Below are positions 57,843 to 64,000 of a stretch of 64,000 bases of DNA, piece after piece. Position numbers and translations under genes: made by a program. The DNA comes from Candidatus Saccharimonadia bacterium (GTDB lineage Bacteria > Patescibacteriota > Saccharimonadia > CAILAD01 > CAZGYV01). Location: assembly GCA_041906885.1 (NCBI GenBank), contig JAYRII010000012.1, forward strand, positions 94,955 to 158,954, read 5' to 3'. Position 1 is the first letter of the stretch, and each line of letters opens with the position of its first letter. The notes beneath the pieces were generated by a model, which saw only the letters and a list, made by a program, of their open reading frames with translations, was not told the DNA's origin and searched no databases.

Positions 57843-58010
57843 ACTAAAGCTCGCACGCCAGTGGGGGCTTTAGTTGGTATTTGGCGAGAACCCAAGGTTC
57901 GGTGAAGCAGAGCGCGCAGGCCAAAAGTCAAATTAATTTGATCTTTTACCGAGCACTTTGCGGAGGTCGCGTCAGCGACAGTCCCACCTCTGGTACCAAC
58001 TAAAGCTCGC
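57824..58010 (+). repeat. tRNA-Leu 3'-end duplication (31 bp, period 156) enclosing a structured element
   Basis: AGTCCCACCTCTGGTACCAACTAAAGCTCGC at 57824-57854 and 57980-58010. Confidence 0.85.
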
Positions 58011-58034
58011 GCGTTAGACTGCAAGGTAGTTTTT

Positions 58035-58901
58035 TTAATTTTCACGATTGATTTCCATTTTGATATTATCAATTAAAGATACTGCGTCATGATGATAAGC
58101 TGATGTTACCTTAAAGATATATCCGGCTGTCATGGCTCGTTTAAAGAAATTTATATTTTTACTGCTAGAATCAGCTAGTAAGCCAGACATGAGCCCCAAT
58201 AAAACGCCTCTGCGAGCTAAAATATCAACATTGTTAGTGTCTACAATACCCATTACATCATCTCGACTGCAAACTAAAATTTGCTCCTTGTCATAAACAA
58301 TAAAGTCACTTTTGAATTTGCCTTGGAGCTCTTTAATTATATCAATTTTATTAAATACACCCCTGTCAGGACGAATCGAGACACCGATTTTTTGGTAGTT
58401 CGCTAGGTCGATCAGGCCATGTGAGCTAATTAGAAAAATCGTATTCGTGCGGTGAAATACTGTTGGGTTAAGCCTGGCCAGCCGTAGAGCCTCATCGGTA
58501 ATAATGACAGGTGAAGTACAATTTTCGAACATATAATCACAAGCGATTTGATTAGTACTATTTTGTGGCAGAAAAGGCGCCAGAACCAACAAATTAGCAT
58601 CGTCTAGCTGTGACTTTAAGATGGCTTTATTGATTTGGCCAGCTGATTGTAGCTCAATACAGGCCTTAGCCGGTACCTTGACCCCTAATTTCGATAAACC
58701 GCTTGGCACTATTAGCTCAGGATAGGCATCTAAAGCACTTAAAATCTGATAGGCTGTATCCAAATTATTTAAGCTACCAACTTCGCCACCGACTATCAAC
58801 ACAACTGGTTTGAGCATAGGGTTGATTGGCTTATCAAACAGAACCTCTGGATAAAGCATATCGCCTTTTTGATGAATAATTTTTTGACTACTAGATGACA
58901 A
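58035..58901 (-). CDS. Divergent NnrD/YjeF-C (ribokinase-like) family protein
   Basis: LYPEVLF, VLIVGG and PVIITDEAL, in the layout of YjeF C-terminal domains. Confidence 0.5.
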   Translation of the reverse strand: MSSSSQKIIHQKGDMLYPEVLFDKPINPMLKPVVLIVGGEVGSLNNLDTAYQILSALDAYPELIVPSGLSKLGVKVPAKACIELQSAGQINKAILKSQLDDANLLVLAPFLPQNSTNQIACDYMFENCTSPVIITDEALRLARLNPTVFHRTNTIFLISSHGLIDLANYQKIGVSIRPDRGVFNKIDIIKELQGKFKSDFIVYDKEQILVCSRDDVMGIVDTNNVDILARRGVLLGLMSGLLADSSSKNINFFKRAMTAGYIFKVTSAYHHDAVSLIDNIKMEINREN

Positions 58902-58906
58902 AATCT

Positions 58907-59305
58907 TTAAGCTTTTATATAAATTTGGTTGAGATCTGCGGGCAAGGCTCGCATTAGCTTCGTTCTCGCCTGGGGGCTGACAACTATCTTGACAGCTTTG
59001 AAGTATGCCTTGAGTACTGTAGCGACCTCCGATTCATCAGTTAATTGGAGGGATATTTTTAGTCTCTCGACTAATGTCACTCGCTTGAATCGAGGTTGCC
59101 AATCCATTATACGGACGTAAAATTTCTGTTGACTAGGCTGTAAATATCCTGGCATTATAGAAAATAAATAGTTAGCCCTTTTAGGATCAATTGTCATATC
59201 GAGTCCGTCAGATATCAGCCTTATGACTCGCACGGCCTCATCATCACTACGCAAATTGGCATGTTGCTTGACAAGTGCAATAAAATAATCAGGAATGGGT
59301 TTCAT
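58907..59305 (-). CDS. DUF2267-like protein
   Basis: Two helical repeats (FIALVKQ..A.L; LMRALPADL). Confidence 0.55.
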   Translation of the reverse strand: MKPIPDYFIALVKQHANLRSDDEAVRVIRLISDGLDMTIDPKRANYLFSIMPGYLQPSQQKFYVRIMDWQPRFKRVTLVERLKISLQLTDESEVATVLKAYFKAVKIVVSPQARTKLMRALPADLNQIYIKA

Positions 59306-59349
59306 GATTTATATATTATACAATAAGCGTGAAGATTAGTCCACTATTT

Positions 59350-59601
59350 TTATTTGTCGAAACCCTGCTTTAATGTTTCGACTTTATTTTCAGCGTTTTT
59401 AAGATAAACCTGAAGTTCTTGGGCGATTTTTATGCCATGTTCATATTTTTGCATGGCATCGTCCAGATTTATCTCAGAGCCTTCTAGGAAATTTGCAATT
59501 TCCTCAAGCTCAGACATTTTCTTACTAAAATCAAAATTTGAGTCTGGTTTGGTTGCCTTTTTGGCTCTGTGATTGTGGCCGTTTGATGCGTTGTTTGACA
59601 C
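59350..59601 (-). CDS. xseB: Exodeoxyribonuclease VII small subunit
   Basis: ELEEI..LE..INLDDAMQKYEHG..L..AENKV; AAGGAGG RBS. Confidence 0.9.
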   Translation of the reverse strand: MSNNASNGHNHRAKKATKPDSNFDFSKKMSELEEIANFLEGSEINLDDAMQKYEHGIKIAQELQVYLKNAENKVETLKQGFDK

Positions 59602-60769
59602 CAGAGCCTCCTTTATTCAGCTTAAGTTCAACTCTTCCTTGGTATAATTGTAACACAACCAAGTCTTCAGGTTGAATTTGTTCTTCTGACATCACAACTT
59701 GACCAAGAATTGTTGCTACACTATAACCACGAGCTAAAATTGCTTTCGGGTTTAAGCTAGTTAGAACTCGCAAGAGACCGGCCAATTTGTCGGCTTGGTA
59801 GCGCAAAATCCGCTCCATGCTATGATCGTTTTGGTGCCCTAGCTCCGACAATCTGGTTTTAAACTCCCCATATCTGCGCATAAAGACGTGATTTATTCTC
59901 TCGATTTGCGTTTCGGACTGTTTAATTAGACTGATCACTGATTTTGATGATTGATTTTGTAAGCTAGTAATAGAGCTTATGACTTGAGTCATATCTGGAA
60001 CTAATCTGCGAGCGGCATCACTTGGTGTGGCTGCTCGCTGGTCGGCCGCTAGTTCAGCTAAGCTAATATCGTCTTCGTGGCCGATTCCAACCAAGCAAGG
60101 TATTTTTGAGCCGTAGACTGCTCTCACGACGTCTTCGTGATTGAAAGCCTGCAGATCCTCGGCGCTACCACCACCTCTTATCACCACTAGCACGTCAGAT
60201 TGTTCAGGATGCTCATTAAAATAGTTGATAGCGCTTACAATTTGTCTTGGCGAGTCTATACCTTGAACCTGAACTTGAGCGTGGATAATATTTAAGCCGC
60301 GCCAGCGGTCACCGACAATTTTTAGAAAATCATTGAAAGCAGCTGCCTGCTTCGACGTAACAAGGGCAATATTTTTTGGATATTGGGGTAGAGGTCGCTT
60401 GCGCTCTAAGGCAAAAAGTCCTTCACGCTCGAACTTGGCTTTTAGAATATCAAAAGCTTTTTTTACGGCTCCCTCGCCCGATAACTCAACCTCCTTAATG
60501 GTAATACTAAACTTGCCCCATTTGGTTAGATTCGGAGTGGCAGCGACTTTGACTAGCATACCGTCTTCAAGCGGGACATTTAAGTGATAAATAGGCATAA
60601 AGCAACCAATCGTACAATCCGCATCCTTCAGATCAAAAAAGACCCATTTGCCTTGATTCACCTTAAAGCTGGCAATTTCACCCTCGATAACAACTAGTGG
60701 ATAGGCAAATCCTAATGTTTGATTGATTAAGTTATTAAACTCGCTAACTGTCAGTACTTCATTTTCCAC
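59531..60769 (-). CDS. xseA: Exodeoxyribonuclease VII large subunit
   Basis: TVSEFN, VQG, RGGGSAEDL, GIGHEDD, AATPS and LARGYS. Confidence 0.95.
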   Translation of the reverse strand: MENEVLTVSEFNNLINQTLGFAYPLVVIEGEIASFKVNQGKWVFFDLKDADCTIGCFMPIYHLNVPLEDGMLVKVAATPNLTKWGKFSITIKEVELSGEGAVKKAFDILKAKFEREGLFALERKRPLPQYPKNIALVTSKQAAAFNDFLKIVGDRWRGLNIIHAQVQVQGIDSPRQIVSAINYFNEHPEQSDVLVVIRGGGSAEDLQAFNHEDVVRAVYGSKIPCLVGIGHEDDISLAELAADQRAATPSDAARRLVPDMTQVISSITSLQNQSSKSVISLIKQSETQIERINHVFMRRYGEFKTRLSELGHQNDHSMERILRYQADKLAGLLRVLTSLNPKAILARGYSVATILGQVVMSEEQIQPEDLVVLQLYQGRVELKLNKGGSGVKQRIKRPQSQSQKGNQTRLKF

Positions 60770-61787
60770 GACTAATCTCTTGTTTCATTTTCGGCTTGTC
60801 AATCATAGATTTTTTATAGTAATACAAGCCAAGCGGTATAAACAGCCACAATGCAATTAGCCGATAAATCGTCACAACTGAGAGACTGAGCGCAAACGGC
60901 TGCCCCAGAGCCACGAAAGTGGCCACCATAGTAGCTTCATAGACACCAATGCCACCAGTGAAAAATGAAGCTAGTGAAAACACCAAAGCAATAATATAGC
61001 CTGCAATCACAACACCAGGATTTACAACTACGCCAAAAGCCAAGAACACAATATAAATCGATGTCGCCTCGAAAATAATATAGGCAATCAATGCTGTGAT
61101 TGGCTTTTTTAGCCTCAAATGATGGCTAGTGACATAATCGAGAGCATTGTAGAAGTCAGCAATAAATTTATTGATATTTTTTTCAGACAGGATGTCTCTT
61201 TTGAATTTCTTTAAGATCGCATTGACTGGCCGAGTGGCCCAAAATAAAAGCTTCTTTGATAAATCTCGAGAAAACATCAAGACGGCTGCAGCAGCACCGG
61301 CTACTATTATCACAATCAAAAATATAAGCACAATCTTGGAGCTAATTTTACCAGCTTGATTAGACATAAATAACATCAAAAAACAAAGCCCGGCAAAAAA
61401 TAAATAACAAAAGAAGCTAATCGGGTACCAGAATATTTGAGCTATTGTAACCGTCTGACTATCAACCTTATCATTGAGCTCTCTAGACATATAGGATATT
61501 CCTGAAATTCCACCAGTTGGAAAAACTGTATTGACAAAATTCATTGCCATAATCACTGGAAATAGGCGTTTGTATCTTATTTTATGATTAAAAATACCAA
61601 AAAAACCTTGGAAGTATTTGGTATTAGCCCAATAGCTTAGATATCGGATGAGTATGATCAGGCTCAAGATCCAAATGTTTAGATTTTGGATCAGATTTGT
61701 TAGATTTTGAAACTTGCCAAAATTCCGTACGAAAAGCAGACCAATAATCACCAGTGCGATAAAAAACAAAAAATGTCTTGCTTTCAT
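60759..61787 (-). CDS. Flippase-like / lysylphosphatidylglycerol synthase TM-domain protein
   Basis: Multiple TM helices; NTVFPTGG, GGIGVYE and IYRL. Confidence 0.8.
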   Translation of the reverse strand: MKARHFLFFIALVIIGLLFVRNFGKFQNLTNLIQNLNIWILSLIILIRYLSYWANTKYFQGFFGIFNHKIRYKRLFPVIMAMNFVNTVFPTGGISGISYMSRELNDKVDSQTVTIAQIFWYPISFFCYLFFAGLCFLMLFMSNQAGKISSKIVLIFLIVIIVAGAAAAVLMFSRDLSKKLLFWATRPVNAILKKFKRDILSEKNINKFIADFYNALDYVTSHHLRLKKPITALIAYIIFEATSIYIVFLAFGVVVNPGVVIAGYIIALVFSLASFFTGGIGVYEATMVATFVALGQPFALSLSVVTIYRLIALWLFIPLGLYYYKKSMIDKPKMKQEISRGK

Positions 61788-61861
61788 AATTACTCGTATT
61801 TTAGCCTATTTTCTAGCATTTTTGCCAATAATTATAAAAATCTTAAGCTATAATTAAGGCT

Positions 61862-63040
61862 ATGAAACTGGTGATTTTAGGACGAGAGACTAACTTATGT
61901 CGAGCTGAAATCGAAGCTATCGCTCAAGATGTTAGCCACTTAGATGGTGGCGTGAGCCTAGTGTCAGATGCGATTGAGCTGGATATTAATCACGCTGGCG
62001 GTATTGTTAAGATCGCTCAAGTTATTACACGAACTTCTGGCCATAAAGCAGCTACCCTAGCTAGTGATATCCAAAAGCTAGTTATCGAGTTTATAAAATC
62101 ACACCAGCTGGAGCGAAAAGTCTCGTTTGGTATTAGTCTATATGGTGATAAAATAACTTGCCAGCCTCTAATCAAGAAAAATTTGGGTCTTGGCATTAAG
62201 AAGCAGTTAGTAGCCGAGGGCATCAGTTGCCGCTACGTCATGGCCAAAAACGGCCACACTACTTCAGCTGCTCAAGTTAACTACAATAGTTTGCTCGGTC
62301 CAGGCAGTAAAGGCTTTGATTTCGTATGCTACGCCAGTCAGAAAAAGCTTATTCTTGGCTATACTACGGCCGTCCAGGACATTGCAAGCTACACCAAGCG
62401 TGATTTTAAACGACCTTGCCGTGATATGGTCACTGGTATGCTGCCGCCTAAACTGGCTCAGATAATGATCAATTTAGCTCATCTCAAAAATGGCCAAGTC
62501 ATTGTCGATCCATTTTGTGGCAGTGGTGTTATATTGCAGGAGGCGCTACTGATGGGCTATGACACCCATGGTAGTGATATGAGTGATAAAATGGTGCGCT
62601 GTAGTCAAAATAATCTAACTTGGCTAAGAGCAAATTATAAGATCGCAAGTCACTTTCGCGTCAGTCAAGCCGATGCCACCACGATCAGTACACTGCCTCA
62701 AAATTGTGCTATTGTAACCGAAGGCTATCTTGGCAAACCGTTAAGTCAAGCCATTGATGAAGCCGATTTTTTGCTTATTCAAAAAGAGCTGACCAACCTT
62801 TACCTAGTCTTCTTTGAGAATTTGTCATTACTTAAGCACCAACCTAGCATCATTGTAATAAGTCTACCTGTCTGGCGGGCTAAAACGAATATATTAACAC
62901 TCGAGATTATTGACCAAATTGAGGATTTAGGTTATACTTTAGAACAGTTTGCAGGTCAGAATGTGGCTGATTTGATTTATCTAAGAGACAATCAGTTCGT
63001 TGGCCGGCAAGTATTAGTACTTAGTAGAAAGGCAACTTAA
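61862..63040 (+). CDS. RNA methyltransferase (Trm11/UPF0020-like)
   Basis: [21 protein letters not shown] and TEGYLG. Confidence 0.8.
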   Translation: MKLVILGRETNLCRAEIEAIAQDVSHLDGGVSLVSDAIELDINHAGGIVKIAQVITRTSGHKAATLASDIQKLVIEFIKSHQLERKVSFGISLYGDKITCQPLIKKNLGLGIKKQLVAEGISCRYVMAKNGHTTSAAQVNYNSLLGPGSKGFDFVCYASQKKLILGYTTAVQDIASYTKRDFKRPCRDMVTGMLPPKLAQIMINLAHLKNGQVIVDPFCGSGVILQEALLMGYDTHGSDMSDKMVRCSQNNLTWLRANYKIASHFRVSQADATTISTLPQNCAIVTEGYLGKPLSQAIDEADFLLIQKELTNLYLVFFENLSLLKHQPSIIVISLPVWRAKTNILTLEIIDQIEDLGYTLEQFAGQNVADLIYLRDNQFVGRQVLVLSRKAT

Positions 63041-63321
63041 TGTCAAAGACAAAAGCTGGAGGTTCGACTAGAAACGGCCGAGATTCTCAGGCCAATCGGC
63101 TAGGGGTCAAGCTTTTTGGCGGTCAAATCGTTAAGCCTGGCGACATCATCGTGCGTCAGCGTGGTACTAAATTCGACTGTGGCAAAAATACTGGACTAGG
63201 TGTCGATCACACAATTTATGCCAAGACTAGCGGGCAGGTAACCTTCTCGAGTGCCCGAAAAACGCTTTTTACGGGTTCAACCAAAAGAAAAACTATCGTC
63301 AGCGTCACACCCTCCCATTAA
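63040..63321 (+). CDS. rpmA: 50S ribosomal protein L27
   Basis: [17 protein letters not shown] and IIVRQRGT. Confidence 0.97.
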   Translation: MSKTKAGGSTRNGRDSQANRLGVKLFGGQIVKPGDIIVRQRGTKFDCGKNTGLGVDHTIYAKTSGQVTFSSARKTLFTGSTKRKTIVSVTPSH

Positions 63322-63350
63322 AAGCGTTGCATTCAAATCTAATTGCGATA

Positions 63351-63740
63351 CTACTTTTTGGTTTCTTTGATATTTAGCAACTTTTTAACTTCACTAACCA
63401 CATCATCGATTGTAGATTGTGATTTTATACAATAGCCATCTGCACCTAAAGCTTTTGCTTTATCAATATCCTTTTTCTGCGACAATGCCGATAAGACAAT
63501 AATCTTAATGTGCTTGATACCGTCGGTATTGCGCAGAATGTCAAGTACGTCGTAGCCTGAGATGCGTGGCATCATGATATCAAGCAAGATTAAATCTGCT
63601 TCATGTTTAGCAATTTTAGCTAGAGCTTCTTCGCCATTTGACGCCCAAAAAACATCAAAATCTTCTGCTTCTAGTCTAGTTTGATAAACAGACGCTAGTT
63701 CCTGGTCATCTTCAACGAGTAATATTTTATACTTTGCCAC
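63351..63740 (-). CDS. Single-domain response regulator
   Basis: [21 protein letters not shown] and CIKSQ. Confidence 0.9.
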   Translation of the reverse strand: MAKYKILLVEDDQELASVYQTRLEAEDFDVFWASNGEEALAKIAKHEADLILLDIMMPRISGYDVLDILRNTDGIKHIKIIVLSALSQKKDIDKAKALGADGYCIKSQSTIDDVVSEVKKLLNIKETKK

Positions 63741-64000
63741 CTTTGACTCCTTCTACTCTTAATATTTTGCTTTGATTTGACTGTCTAATTAACTTCGCCG
63801 CACCAATAAAGTCTCTAAATAATGGATGTGGTCGATCTGGACGTGACAGAAATTCGGGATGGAATTGGCTGCCGACATAAAATGGATGATCCGATATCTC
63901 GACTATTTCTACTAACTTGTTGTCCGGCGATGTACCGCTAATCACCAAGCCATTGTCTTGCAGAGACTGTCGGTATTTATTATTAAATTCATATCTGTGT
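63727..64000 (-). CDS. pyrG: CTP synthase, C-terminal part (5'-truncated by the window edge)
   Basis: [20 protein letters not shown] and RPHPLF. Confidence 0.93.
   Translation of the reverse strand, partial: HRYEFNNKYRQSLQDNGLVISGTSPDNKLVEIVEISDHPFYVGSQFHPEFLSRPDRPHPLFRDFIGAAKLIRQSNQSKILRVEGVKGGKV

Noticed and set aside
57824-58010. Prophage or ICE attL/attR pair
   Set aside because: The repeats are only 156 bp apart with no integrase or cargo; reported instead as a miniature element.
57746-58072. 108-aa minus-strand ORF with a repeated RALVGTRGGT
   Set aside because: It is an antisense translation of tRNA-Leu and its duplicated 3' end.

Overview
This window looks like chromosomal DNA from a reduced-genome Patescibacteria (CPR) bacterium, probably Saccharibacteria-like. 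The assignment is inferred from gene content and order; the genetic code is 11. Housekeeping blocks include sod/ahpC, recO-glyQS, a trimmed dcw operon (mraZ-rsmH-ftsL-ftsI-mraY-ftsW-murG-ftsQ), a VirD4/DUF87-like ATPase, topA, dprA, pth, der, scpAB, aspS, gltX, mreB, murA, xseAB, rpmA, partial pyrG and two tRNAs. A surface/matrix block at about 35-45 kb holds SipW, a TasA-like protein, a putative glycoside hydrolase, a CBM-polysaccharide deacetylase, a processive GT2 and three minor pilins; a sortase lies at 56.6-57.7 kb. Six signals are absent from the ORF track. (1) A complete type III hammerhead ribozyme on the minus strand at 5873-5932 ends a promoter/structured-leader/orphan-gene unit between recO and glyQS. 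(2) Two homologous ~160-bp structured elements follow tRNA-Glu and tRNA-Leu, and each duplicates the tRNA 3' end from the same T-loop base. (3) A 58-aa LPSTG micro-protein lies between the GT2 and the deacetylase, in an operon whose leader carries a terminator-like hairpin. (4) The dcw operon contains a two-state structured RNA and a 21-aa ORF. (5) A ~200-nt RNA with its own promoter and terminator lies between dprA and pth. (6) A 37-aa single-TM peptide lies upstream of a PAS histidine kinase. All pairings and motifs were read by eye; no database searches or folding programs were run.
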